DNA of 64,000 nt. Origin: Podarcis vaucheri (Eukaryota). Made by a program: the position numbers and the translations under genes. The notes beneath the pieces are model-generated. The model saw only the letters and a program-made list of their open reading frames with translations. It was not told where the DNA came from and did no database searches. Shown here piece after piece: positions 37,297-50,787 of this stretch; the stretch's first letter is position 1; every line of letters begins with the position of its first letter. The stretch lies in the NCBI GenBank assembly GCA_965113315.1, contig OZ220371.1; one strand, 5' to 3'.

Positions 37297-40200
37297 TTCT
37301 GTATTGTGTTGATATGTATAATTATGTCCATGATGTCCAAAATAAAACTTCTTCAAAACATTTTTTTTTAAGATTGAAAGGCAAAGAGAGATGAAACTGC
37401 AGTTTATGACAGTGATTACACATACATGCTCACAATCTAAAGAATGTGAATATGAAACATAAAAGTTTTTATTTATTTATTAATGGTTCCCAGTCCAAAC
37501 TGAATGGAAGCTTGTTTCTTATTGAATGGCCGTCTGGCTCCTGGATCCTGATTCCGTGTTTTAGAGAAACATAAAAAACTGCAAGGTAGAGTCTATAAAT
37601 GAAAGGGTGGGATAAAGGTACATGGCAACCAGTTAGCCATAGAGATCTCCCCTAAGAAAGGCTGTTGCTGCCACAGCCTGGAAATACCAGTAAAAATCAG
37701 GGCTCCTTCCATCCAGCTTCTGAGCATTTCAGTTCATTACAGTAAGAAGAAGGGAACAGAAGCACATAACAGAATGCGGCTCAGAGTTCCCAATAGAAGC
37801 AACAGTGGTAGCAATTTCCATCGGAAGTTGCAGTAAGCAATATCAAGAGAAGAAAGTGGAAGGAAATTATGACCTCAAACCAAGCTTCAACCCAGGCATG
37901 CCAACTCCTAGAGGCAGAGGTGTTTTCGGACCCCTCAGTATTGGCTGGCAGGGGGCTGGGCCCCCTCAGTGTTGAGGGGGCAGAGGAGGCCAAGCAGGGA
38001 GCCGGGCACAATGTGGTTCAGTGGCTGGCTGCTCCTGAGTGCGAGAGAGGAAGCCACCCTGCAACGGACTCTGCTGTCAGGAACCTGACATCACACACGC
38101 GCAATGTGCACTAGGCCCACTCAATCTTAGGTGCAAGATGGTGCCTCTTCTTGAATCTCTATGGGGTGTGCAGGGGAAAGCGAGGATCAGCCAATGTATG
38201 CTATAAGGAAACACTTCTCCAGTGCCCTCTCCTTTTTACCAGGGGGAAAGAGTGATGAGGGAGCAAGGATAAGGGATTTGAACTATTCTATAAACAATTT
38301 GAGTATACACGATGTTAGATAAATTATAAAGGATCACATTTTGAACAGTAGAATTGCATGTGATGTGAAGCATTATTATTTAAAAAAAGAGATGAGGCTT
38401 CAGTGCTCTATGCATTATCTGGGTGTAAATCCCATCAAAATCAGTGGGATTTACTACTGAAAAAACATGCATAGGATTCCACTCCACGGCTTCTAATAAG
38501 TATTGGCACTTACAGCTTGCTTTTAAAAACAAAACACTGCAGTTCATTTAAATTTTCTCTTAAGAGTTTGACAGTGAGTAACAGAGGTACAAGTTCTCTG
38601 GGCATCTGATAACCTAGAGAAAAATGCTGTAGGAAAAAGAATGGGATTTTATTTAATATCACTGTATCTAAGGCTATTTGAGGTCTCCTGTCCACTCACA
38701 ACCATAATTATATCTCATACAGAGCCAATTGTTTCCCTAGAAGAATAATTACAACAGTGAATAATGGGTTAATATAAAACATAAAGTAGAGTGTTTAGTG
38801 GAGGAATTTGAGAACAGATAAGAAATATAGCATCCAACATATTCTTCCATAATTGTACAGTCCTCCAGAGATAATGGATATCATTATCAACGGCGCCTGT
38901 CCTAGGAAACTTGGCAAGGTTATGATTGTTTGTTACAGCTTTGGTTATATTAACATACACATTAATATTTATAAATATTTGATGTCATGTTAATTTTTCA
39001 TATAAGATGATTTATGTAATGTTGCTGTGCTCTGTTAGAGGGCATTTACTGTAGGCTTCAAAAGGGAACTGGATTGATGCATGTTCTTTAAGGGGACTTG
39101 ACTGTATATTACTGTACATACACACGATGAATCATTCCAGGGGAAAGTGATTCAAAAATAAATTATCTGAATTGTAGAAAAGCTCCATTAACATTTTAAA
39201 TAAAACATAATGAAAAAGACCATACTAAAGTATTTCATATGTCTTATTAAATAGCAGGCATTTCTTGTCAACGACTGAAAGTTTTTATCTGAATAATGTA
39301 TTCCAAATATTTTATGCCACTTTTATTTTTTTCCCTTTGGTCCACATCCTAAATTAAATTATGATCAAGTGTGGATAATTCATATTATGGTGTGATACAT
39401 AAGTATAAATAGCATATCACCTATTGTTTGAAGTGAATTACTTTCCTTTTTGTCTTTTACAAGCAGAATAATGTTCACCTCTGTATGTGTCCATGAACCT
39501 AATATGTAGGACTAGAATTGTGATTATTCATGAAACACTTGATGAGTTCAGGTAGTACTAGACGAAGGCTTTCATACAAATATGTGTAGATATTTTAGTT
39601 GTCCCATCCCCAACACTCAGGATGGTATCAATTTCCAAAGGATGCTAGAGGTTGGAAGAGATCTGTTGCTTCAGCAATGAAGCAACTCTGACTGGAAGCT
39701 CTTACAGGAATTGGAGAAACTACTAGCTCAGAGTTTGGCTAGGTAAAAAGAGGCTGTTACTCATACTCATTTTGACTGAACAATTTGTGCATAATGTGCT
39801 CAGCAGCCAGTCCTGAGCCATGTATCGCCTTGCATAAATCTCCGATTTGCAAATTCCCCACTAATGTAATACCAGCACACATGCTGCTTGCTGCCTTGCT
39901 TGGCCACCCTTAATCAGTGTCGACTACAGTTCTTAATGGATGGGGGGCATCCTTGGAATTATGCTGAGTCAAAGGTTGTTGCTGCCCCTCCTCCCCATTT
40001 GCAGAAGCCATTAACGTCCTCTGACAAGTGGGTCCATCCTCAGTGCTGGAACGTAAAGGATGTATCACCCAGTCAGGCCCTGACAATGACAGTGTGGCTG
40101 GGTACAAACCCACTCACTCACATCTTCTAATAACCAAAAGCCAACTGGAACGACAATGTAGCATGAGGGCGAGAGGAGAATGTTGTGCCACCACAGCAAA

Positions 40201-40838
40201 TACTTGAGGACGCCAGCCAGGTTCTACTTATTAGAAGAGGTGAGTGGCTGTAGAAAGACACACTTGCTGTATCCGTGGGATCACTGACAAATGAAACCAG
40301 CTGGGGATTATGAAACTGGAGAGTCACTGAGCATGTCATCATCAGGGCAGTTGTTTGCTCCCGCCCTCCAACCAACCCGCCACTCAGGGCACATGCCCCC
40401 TCTCCCACCTCCTTCGGAAACTAGCCTAACCAGCACAACATATACAGCTAGGTGAAAAATCCTCCCCAACCCAGCCATTAGTCACACACACCTTTTTATT
40501 TTTATTTTCATATTCTTGTGGTGGGGATTTGGAGAAATTTCTTTTATTTTATTGGTGCGGCAGTTAATGTGATAAATGTGAGGTGGCAGGGTGTTTGCAA
40601 AAGTGGTTTTAAAAGCTTTATCACTCCTTTAGGTGGCAAAACAACAATAAGAAGCAACAGAGACTGATATTGTTCCTCAGTGAGAACGTCCCAATACGAA
40701 TGGGACAACTTTGTTTCATTCCTTCTGGGCTGTTCTCACTGATGAGCTCTGTGTTGCAATTGTTGAACACTGTATGACCTTTGTTGTTAATTGCAGCTCT
40801 GCTGCCACTTAAAGCGGTGACAAAAGTTTTTCCCAGTA

Positions 40839-41069
40839 CAGTGGTAGGGTACCTCGGGTTAAGAACTTAATTCGTTCTGGAGGCCCGTTCTTAACCTGAA
40901 ACTGTTCTTAACCTGAGGTACCACTTTAGCTAATAGGGCCTCCCGCTGCCGCTGCTCCGCTGCTGCACGATTTCTGTTCTCATCCTGAAGCAAAGTTCTT
41001 AACCTGAAGCGCAATTTCTGGGTTAGCAGAGTCTGTAACCTGAAGCGTCTGTAACCCGAGGTACCACTG
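40839..41069. mobile_element. Tigger/pogo-like MITE
   Basis: TIR CAGTGGTA(GGGTA)CCTCGGGTTA / TAACCCGAGGTACCACTG, TA TSD on both sides, internal TAACCTGA repeats. Left TIR has a 5-bp insertion. Confidence 0.92.
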
Positions 41070-42736
41070 TAAAAGAAAGACAGCAGCCATTTGCCACCCC
41101 ATATCTATTGTGTTAAGCCATGCACACAGAAACACACATAGAGAAAAATATGAGAAAATTTACCCAAATATCACAAAAATATTAAGAGATTGTTTTGCCC
41201 ACCTGAACCCTGAAATGCACATAAGTTTGGGCTGAATACTTTAACCAAGCACTACAATGTACACAAACTTGAAGTTATGTTAATAAGAATTTTTGCTGTG
41301 ACATTGCATACCCCAGGGTTAAATAAAAATGGAATTATAATATTCTTCAATTTTGCTTTTTTCTGGTTGTAGAAATAAATGTTGAGTTTTCATACAGAAT
41401 GCCAGGTAAGGGCTTCACACTTCATAGGAGTAGTTTCCTTGGGGAGGAAAAATCCAAGACAATCTGTGACAATGAGTGTGACTGCCTAGACACAGCAGTA
41501 TAACTAAAATGATGGCATGCATCAGTAGGTCTTCTCTGTGGAAACATCAGTGTGGGCACCATGTACAGGGAGACCTTGGCCATTTTTTGATAGACTGGCA
41601 TAATGGAGTAAGAATTCAAGTATCCGTGTCTATTTAGTAATAGTTTATATTCAGTAATAGTTTATACATAATATATGTTTCCATTTAAGTTTATTGGCTG
41701 TATGTGGTGGTGGTGATTTTTTTTATTTTTTACATCAAATCTTTGTTAAAATATTCACTTATGCAGCAGCTGATTCTAAGTGAATATTTTAACAAAGATT
41801 TGATGTAAAAAATAAAAAAAAAGCTAGCAAAAGTTCCATTGATTAGATAGGCATGAGAAGCCTGTATCCCACTAAATCGTATTGTGGTAGCAATAGAAAG
41901 AGATCTAAATTCAGTTGCAACTTCATATCTCAGTTGATCCAGAATGAGCCATGTCCTTGCTAAGAGGTAGGTGATTTGGAAAATTTTCTTTTTTTCCAGT
42001 AAATCACAGTGGAGGCATACCTCACAATACCTGTCTTGAACATGAGGCAGCTGCAAGGGATGGTTCAGTGAAAATATCCTTCTGCCTTGCCCCACTGGAT
42101 ATTCAGAATAACCAAATAACAGAAGTTCTGAACTTCCTTTCATAGTTATTTGATTTGTTTCACTAAGAGATTATACCCTAACCAAAGAGTATTGAGTTCT
42201 CTTCCTTCTCTGTCTCATCTTATAATCCAGCATTGAACTGGCTGTAGGTCAAAATGTAATGGATGTAGTGTAAAAAGGTTACACCAGGGCAGGAGTTAGA
42301 TACCACATTTTTAAAAATAATAATAATGCCCTTGTTCACTTTATGCTGCTATTTTAACATACATTTTGATTCAGGTAAAGTTCCTTTGCTCCACCACATT
42401 CCCCTTTAAGCAGGCTATACCCTTTCTCAATTCTTCATGCTTCTCTGTAATTCTTTGAAATATTTTAATAGTATGCCAGTTAAGAAGCATAGTGGACGCC
42501 TTTGCAGATACCTACCTGAAAGTTACACATGGGAGTATGAAAAACTATAAAAAATATTTTCAAAACATATAATAAAGTAAAACATTGGAGAATGGCCATG
42601 GTACCATAGGGACATCTTGTGTCTCTCATTCCCCATAGTTCAGACCAAAAGGCGCATTTGGAACTAGCAGGCCAGATGCAATCTTATTCTCCTTCTCTTT
42701 CCTTCCAACTGCTTTCCCTTTTCCTATTAGTGTATA

Positions 42737-43092
42737 AAGGTAAAGGTAAAGGGACCCCTGACCATTAGGTCCAGTCGTGGCCGACTCTGGGGTTGCGGCG
42801 CTCATCTCGCTTTATTGGCCGAGGGAGCCGGCGTACAGCTTCCAGGTCATGTGGCCAGCATGACTAAGCCGCTTCTGGCAAACCAGAGCAGCGCACAGAA
42901 ACACCGTTTACCTTCCCGCTGGAGCAGTACCTATTTATCTACTTGCACTTTGACGTGTTTTGGAACTGCTAGGTTGGCAGGAGCAGGGACCAATCAACGG
43001 GAGCTCACCCCGTCACAGGGATTCGAACCGCCGACCTTCTGATCAGCAAGTCCTAGGCTCTGTGGTTGAACCCACAGCACCACCTGTGTCCC
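42737..43092 (-). mobile_element. Sauria SINE
   Basis: (AAAGGT)n tail and full body. 11-bp TSD ATTAGTGTATA (42726-42736, 43093-43103). Confidence 0.96.
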
Positions 43093-43120
43093 ATTAGTGT
43101 ATATGTGTGTGTTATTACCA

Positions 43121-43315
43121 TTATCATTTTATATCCACCCTCTCCTTCAAGGAGCTTAAAATGGTGTACATGGTTCTCCCCTTTTCCATTTTATCCTCAC
43201 AACAACTGTGTGAAGTAGATTATGTTAAGAGACAGTGACTGGCTGAAGGTTACCCAATGGCTGAGTGGGGTTTTGAATCATGCTCTCCTAAGTCCTAGTC
43301 CAAACTCTAATCACC
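43121..43315 (-). mobile_element. MIR-like CORE-SINE relic
   Basis: CCATTTTATCCTCACAACAAC..GAGACAGTGACTGGCTGAAGGTTACCCA..TTTGAATC resembles the CORE domain with tRNA-head and L2-tail remnants. Confidence 0.75.
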
Positions 43316-43408
43316 AACTCTCTGTTTTCTGCACGATCTAATAGTCACTAAAATCCCAAACTGGCACATTTGGAAGTTTTTGTTGGAAAGACAAAGTTTG
43401 AGTCAATT

Positions 43409-43686
43409 GTTGTTGTTGTTTAGTCATTTAGTCGTGTCCGACTCTTCGTGACCCCATGGACCAGAGCACGCCAGGCACTTCTGTCTTCCACTGCCTTTCG
43501 CAGTTTGGTCAAACTCATGCTGGTAGCTTCGAGAACACTGTCCAACCATCTCGTCCTCTGTCGTCCCCTTCTCCTTGTGCCCTCCATCTTTCCCAACATC
43601 AGGCTCTTTTCCAGGGAGTCTTCTCTTCTCATGAGGTGGCCAAAGTATTGGAGCCTCAGCTTCACGATCTGTCCTTCCAGTGAGCA
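43409..43686 (-). mobile_element. BovB (RTE clade) LINE, 5'-truncated 3' end
   Basis: Encodes SLEGQIVKLRLQYFGHLMRREDSLEKSLMLGKMEGTRRRGRQRTRWLD..HGVTKSRTRLND. (CAA)n tail. 11-bp TSD TTGAGTCAATT (43398-43408, 43687-43697). Confidence 0.96.
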
Positions 43687-46639
43687 TTGAGTCAATTAGC
43701 ACATCGTATTTTTTTGTTCTCATCCATTTTCCTCATACAAATAATATATTTCTGTGAGAAGTGTAATGTAGATAAGTGCTCCAACTTCAACCATCAGAGA
43801 AGTTACAGAAGGTACATCCCTGACCAGGGAAATTGCTGTAGCTGCACCTTGTACATTCTCATCTTGAGCACATATTATACTATTCTGGTAAGTGAGCTAT
43901 TCATACAACAAGAAATGTTTGTAAAAATGAGGCTATTTTTGCCTTGTGCTGCTTATGTATCAGTGTCTGTGTGAGAAGCAGAGACAGCAGAAGCTGTATT
44001 ACACCCTGTGTAAAACCTAGTTGGAACACTGACCTAGTTAGATCAATGAGATTGCTCCGTCCATGTATCGCTGTGTTAAAAAGGGAACTCAAGCAGCTGC
44101 TATGAAATCAATAAAATATTTAGGACAAATTACGATGAAGATCTAGTCTTTTGGATAAGATTAGTTTTTTAAGGGGAGAAAATCCCCAAACTCCACTTAC
44201 ATTCATTAATCTGTATTGTAATTGTTATGCACTCATTTGGGGAAACTTTATTTTATTAACAGTAATATTTAAACATTCAAGTCATCTTCAGCTAAGTGAC
44301 TACTTTTATTACCACTGTTTATGCTATGCTTCTTTTACCCACCCACCCCAAGTGTGACATGTGCACTTTAAAGTAAGAAACATTATTCATGGAAATAAGA
44401 TAAAAATGGCTTACAGTTTTAAGTATTGACTTGACTCCTAGCCTTTGATAATTACCTCCTATCTCCCTGGGCTGCTGTGATACATACCTGCAAGGTGTCC
44501 AAGTCTATGTCAACACTAGAAAAACATGATAAAATGGAAAACCTGCCATTGTAATTCTAATTTGCACTTACAATTGTGACATCCACAAAATGATTTAGCC
44601 ATTTAGTAATGCCAAAGTAGTTGATTTCTGAATTCTTTTTAAAAAAGAAAACACCTCATGGATGTTCAATTGTGATAATGCTCTGAGTGCAGATTCACTT
44701 TAGTGCTACATCCAAGATGCAGCAAGAAATAGCTTTGTACCTTTTGCAATGATTCTGATAGTTCCTGATCTCCTAATTTGACTTTTGGGGATTAGAAAAG
44801 GATTCTGTACAGTTTTGTTGATATCAGGAAACTATTTGCATTAGCTGGTGTAGGTTTTCTGCAGTCTTTGTGTTGATACCTTCCCAGTGCAAATGGTTAA
44901 GTGTACTGTGGAGACAAAGTGACTGTGTTGATTTCTACTGCTACGGTTTTAGGGCATGGTTTTATTATGCCAGAGAGATTCCTGATTGCCAAGTTTTGGC
45001 AGCTTTCCATTCTTAATATTACATTAGTAGTGAAAATTGTTTAAATAAATAGGTTATGGGGCACTAGGTATTTCTTTTAGCAGCTTTCTTTCTGTTATTA
45101 TCTGAACATGTTTAGTATTTCATATTGATATATAGATGGAGTCTTCTAAATCAATTGTAGTTTGTATATCTCATTTAGCTGCATCGTTTGTTCACTAATA
45201 AACTAAAGTATTTGAAATAAACAAAGAAGGCACAAAGACTGCACAGTTTTTAAAATAATGTGAAAAAACAGAACATTACATCACTATTTCTTTTGGGAGG
45301 AATGAACTAATAATATGAACTTATATACAGCAAGTGAAAATAATATGCCCGATGCTCACCTCCTCCAACAATGCAGCAAATATTTGTTGTTTATATTAGT
45401 ACTATCACAGCCTTATCAGCGCATCTTCACTGTGATCATTGCTGTGTCTATGTCTTCTCTAATTTACTTAGGTTTTCTACAGGGACTACTCCATTCGGTT
45501 AGGTCTCATTCTCTCAGGCATTTAAGCAGCCCACTGGAACTTAAGTGTTATCTCAAAACAAGTATTTAGCTGAACTTGCGGAGATGCTAGCATAAGCTCA
45601 GTTCTGTTTTAGCCTTGTTCACAGCTTGCAATGTGCAGAGAGGGCTCTGGCTTCCTGTTGCTTTTGCATATGGCACTAAATTTAGTTCTGGCAAGAATCG
45701 CCATTTTTTTGACCTGCTTAATATTGGGGTTCCTGCCCATCAGGATTTGCAATACGTATTAGATTCAGTGTTAGGCACTGTGCAATTTTTATTTACATAG
45801 CTTGATATGCATCTGCATGTACAAAATGAGCAAGAACTGGAAATATGTTTATTTTCCTGCTTCGGGACCAGGGCATCCCTCCTCTTACCATTCTCTGGCA
45901 CTTCTACGAACAGAACATTATAAATATCGGCTAGACTGCAAGCCTAAAACTCCAGCTTGAGCTTCCTCTATCTTTGGTTCCCCCCCACCCCCCACCCCCG
46001 TCTCTTAAGGCTACATATTGTTTCCTTGCATGTGTCTGAAATGGCCAAAAAGTTGTTTGCTTTTGCACAAACATTTTGATTATTAATAATAAATCTCAGC
46101 AAAAGGGATAATTACATGGAATCTCAGTTTTGTAATGTTTCCACATGAAGACGCAAGTGGAGAGTGAAGAACAGAACATCAACTGGACACTTTTGATGGA
46201 ACAATAAATAGATTTGTGAGGCTTAAATCTACACTGTAGTGACGAACCCAAACACATTAATGAAATAGAAAATACAAACCTTTACATTTGTTGTGTTTAG
46301 TGGAGACTTCAGAGTCCAAATTTCAGAGACATTGAATATTCTCTAGTATAGCTGAATAAGATTAAAAGGTTCATGACCTGGGAAACAAGATAAAATACTA
46401 ATCAGTCCCATTTATCATTCATTCCACCAATCAATCAGAAGTTATTCTATGTGCCAACACAACTTGTGAGTTAATATTGCTTTGGCCATCAGTAATGTCC
46501 TTCAGGATAACCTAAAAAAGACCTATCTTTAGCTGCTAACGACAGAAGTATCAACAGGTTTGATAAAGCAGCCATTATCATAATTGTGACCATGATGTGA
46601 AATCAAGGTATTTGAATCTGCTGACAGAAATTAGGTTGT

Positions 46640-47018
46640 GGCTTGGTTTGCACATCACAGTAAGCTAAACTACATGCTGCATGTGAATGTGCATACTCCT
46701 GAAGAGAAGCATGCAACCACTTTGCTCCTCCCTGTCCTTTTTATTCCCATGGTGCATTTAGCTAAGGCCTGGCTTTGTGGAACACGCCCTCCAAACATGG
46801 GCTCATGGTTAAGTTCTCTGCTCACAAACAAGCTTTGGCTACAGCTTAACTACAAGTTTGGGTTTTGACTACCCACTAAGCTAAATCTTGACTTATCATA
46901 GAAGTAGTAAAAAGGCCAGAGAGAGGCAAAGCAGCTGCAAACTCCTATCCAGGAGCCTACTTGCTTGCATAGTCTTGGCAAGCTATAATTTGGCTTATTG
47001 TGTCTTGCAAACCAGGCC
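46640..47018. mobile_element. Foldback MITE with long imperfect TIRs (PIF/Harbinger-like)
   Basis: GGCTTGGTTTGCACATCACAGTAAGCTAAACTA vs reverse complement GGCCTGGTTTGCAAGACACAATAAGCCAAATTA. Pairing continues inward for >100 bp. Confidence 0.65.
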
Positions 47019-48382
47019 AGTGTGGCTCAGAATTTCCATGTGAATTAAATATCTTTCAGTACCTTATTTTCAGTAAGCTACCATTTCAACTGAACATGTA
47101 TATTTACATTGTGTAATTCTCTTAATAATTCTTCCCAACTCTTATGGGAATAATACGCTGGTTTTCCTGCCAAGAATCTGACACCCATTCCTGCTCACTC
47201 TACAGACCTCCGTTTTTAAAGAATTCCAGCACTATAGTTGGGGAGTCTGGTTGGGGAGTGTGAGTACTAGTTTAAAAACCAAAACATATCAGAGTACTGG
47301 GATAATATAGCTGGCACCAACCATTTTATATAGCTTTCTCCGCAGCTAAGTCTGTTCCACTTTCCTTTAAGTACAGAAATATGCTTAGGATCCTAAATCT
47401 TTAACAATACGATGAGTACCATACATCAGTATATTAATGTGTACATAATAGGTTACCCACGGGGGAATTAGTAATACCATTATGTTGACAAAAAAAACTT
47501 CGTCTGATTGCCCCAGTCTATCAGTATATCTCCTGCAAAACAAATGATGTCATTCAGTAAGGAGTTGTCTTCCATTATAATAAAACCCATTATAAGCTCA
47601 CAGTCTACCATTCAGATGAGGAATGATATTTAGAGACTCACGTCCAAGTTCTGCTGACCGCAGTCACATGAATTTTCCTGCCATATAATTAGAACTGTGT
47701 GGAAGGGTGTTCCATTTTAGAAAATCAGAAATGCAACATGTCTGAGATAGAAAGAAACTCTGTGTGTACTGTAAAGACAAACAGATTGATTAAATTTTAT
47801 AGCAATTTGGACAAATGGAAGCATGTTTTGGTTTAAACAGATAATTATATAATGTACATTTGAATATTTCACCTGTACTGTGCCCACTAATTTAGTCTTT
47901 TGGAGATTCCAACTAGAGTTGCAAACTTCTGAGCAACATCAAAGAGCTTCCATTTAAAAACATATTAAAACTTTATCTGAGAATATTCTTGTCTTAAACT
48001 TTAGATGTAGGGGAGAATCCTTTCCTCTACATCCCCTAGGGCATTACTTCTTAGACTTTTGAAAATTGAGGCCATCTCCAGAATAATGAAGCTAATCACA
48101 TACCCCTAAAAAACCCTATGTGTACATTGCTAGTGGCCCATAATTTTCAAAGTATATGAGGCTAGCATTCGTATGGAGCTCCTTTTACCCCATTTCATCT
48201 GTATCTTGTTAACTGAGCCCATGTAGTAGCATCCTGAAGCATTGAACGGGTGATATCTCTGTGTCCATCCACTTGTTGAATAGGTAGCAATGCCCTGGTT
48301 TTCAGGATTTAATTTGTGCCAGGTCTCACCATGATTTCAGTCTTGACAACTGTTTTCAGTGCCAGGAGTCCAAGACTATATC

Positions 48383-48890
48383 TGTTGTTGTTGCCATCTG
48401 TCTGTCTCAAGAGACAATGGAGTGCAGCCCCGGAGATGAAGTCAAATTGCTGCATTAGCAACACTGAAATCACTACCCCGGAGCACAAGCTTAGGCAGTG
48501 TGTATGGAGGTCCTGGACTGCCCAGATAACAATACCCTCTTCATCAGCCATGCTGATGGGGTCCAAAGGAAAGCAGAGCAATCGGTTTGCCACCAGCTAG
48601 ACTGCAGGAGTTGCCAGAAGAAGGTGTACAAGGCCCCATCCAACAGTCTTAGGGACTCCACTCCTGATTTGTGTAGGGTTTCCTCCTTAGCTTTTTCTCC
48701 TGAAGATATCCTGCAAGGCAACAAAGGTTAAGGATCTGAGAACCCTTACCTGGTTTAGCTGGCCAGTCTAAGCTGTTTACCAGGATGTGACTGCTGTCAC
48801 ATGCTGACAGCTTCTGGGAGTCACAGGTGTGAGCTGAGTGCAGGATGTGGACCAAAGGTGGACAGCCCAGAAGGAGCTGTCCCCCACCAC
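48383..48890 (-). mobile_element. Non-autonomous RTE-derived retroelement, copy 3 (internal deletion, 5' tip missing)
   Basis: (CAA)n tail and body colinear with copy 2. Retains the best-preserved ribozyme core at 48748-48829. Confidence 0.85.
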
Positions 48891-50455
48891 TGCCAGTACC
48901 TAGTGTAAACCCTCAGAATGCTACAAGGAGGGGGAAGAATTGGACTAGCCAAGGTTCTGCTGGATCCTAAGCCCAGCTATCAGTGATGGACTAGATTTGG
49001 GCCTCTCTGATGTGCTACCCTAGAGCTGATGCACCCGCCCCGCCCCCCACCTCAGAATGTGGGGAAGACACACTACCCTACCTTCTGCTCTGGCCAGCAT
49101 GAGTGGCAGGGCTTCAGATATGATGGTGGCTCTGCTGCTCTGTTAAGCCCCACTGGTCCCTGGTCAGGAGTTAGGATTGCTCCCTAATTTGGTTTGGATT
49201 CAACCCTTTTCTTTTGACCCACTCTAGCTGCTATGCATACCGATTTTGCACCATTAGTGCCACTTTCAGAAGTTATTGTGTCAAGTCTAATGCCATGTGT
49301 AGAGCTCAATGATTATTTCTTTTTTGAAAACTGCTGCAGGTATGTTGTTTTGAACATTCCCAAAGTATTCGAAAAGCTAATGCATTTTGTGTATTATGCC
49401 AGCCTTCTTGCTAACATCTCGGTATTTGACCTCAGCATCTAGGACTATCAAAGCAAATACCATATGAGAGGTCAGTGTGATAATAGATTCTATATCCTCA
49501 GATTTTTTAAAAAAAAAATGTTGTCTACAATTATGCAGTCTTTACAGTATTTAAATTGACTCACAATCTGATTCAAAACATCCACAAGAAAGACTTTCTG
49601 GCCTGAATCCAAAGAACTGTGCAACTAGTTTCACATGCCAAAGAGAACTTTGGATACATTTCCCTTAAACAGCAGCCCCTTATTCCACTTGACAAACCTA
49701 TTTTGAACTGAAGGGTGGTTTCAAGAGTAGTTTGTGACATGTCTGCTATTCATAGGGGCGTGGAACATCAACTGGGCATGCCCAAGCAGTTCTCTGGGTC
49801 CCAGCTATTGGATCAAGTAGGGCTTGCTTCCTAGTAAGTCTTACTTAAGATTTCAGCTTCAGCCCACTGACCTTTCATTATTGTATTCCTAATTATTATT
49901 AAGCCCTCTCACTGAAGCATACAACAATTTTTACTGCACTATTTTTGTCTTTTTAATCTACTGCCTTATCTGTTAAATTACAATTTTAAGGATGTCCCAA
50001 GATCTTACAGAAATTTATATGTGCTTGTGTTGTGTGTACCTTATACTCTTGTGAAGAGTCTATTCTATGTGATACAAAAACTATAGCAATTCAACTTTAT
50101 AGTTGTATGGAAAGTAACATCATTAAGCTCCCTCTGCAAATATTTTTACTGCCATTTAAATTTAGACTCTTGTCATATGTCACATTTGATTTTATTTTAT
50201 CTTTAGGCTAGTGAAAGCATAGCTAAAGGAAACAATCTTGGCTAAGCATGCCTTGAGGGTCCTCTCTGCTTGCTTTCTTCATGCCTTATACTTTTGTCAC
50301 TCAAGCTGCATAGATGCACTCCAATAATTAATAGTAAACCGGGTGGGGAGAAAAAATTATTGGACCCCTTCTTGAGATCTTGTGTATAAAAAGAAAAAGT
50401 TCCCATGAGTGAAGTATATAAGTTAGCTTTTTTCAGGAAAAAGAAAAGGAATGAA

Positions 50456-50787
50456 NNNNNNNNNNNNNNNNNNNNNNNNNNNNNNNNNNNNNNNNNNNNN
50501 NNNNNNNNNNNNNNNNNNNNNNNNNNNNNNNNNNNNNNNNNNNNNNNNNNNNNNNNNNNNNNNNNNNNNNNNNNNNNNNNNNNNNNNNNNNNNNNNNNNN
50601 NNNNNNNNNNNNNNNNNNNNNNNNNNNNNNNNNNNNNNNNNNNNNNNNNNNNNNNNNNNNNNNNNNNNNNNNNNNNNNNNNNNNNNNNNNNNNNNNNNNN
50701 NNNNNNNNNNNNNNNNNNNNNNNNNNNNNNNNNNNNNNNNNNNNNNNNNNNNNNNNNNNNNNNNNNNNNNNNNNNNNNNNNNNNNNN
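50456..50787. other. Assembly gap (332 N)
   Basis: Run of N. Confidence 1.

Noticed and set aside
37890-38150. GC-rich patch, possible hAT relic (similar patches at ~23330, ~39800 and ~48930)
   Set aside because: Termini too degenerate to define a TIR or TSD confidently.
40677-40745. GTCCCA..CGAATGGGAC (matches the HDV genomic ribozyme 3' end) inside TCAGTGAGAAC/GTTCTCACTGA, followed by a hammerhead-like CTGATGAG
   Set aside because: Only 3 nt separate GTCCCA from CGAA, leaving no room for P1/P3/P4, and there is no properly placed GAAA for a hammerhead. More likely MITE ends or chance.
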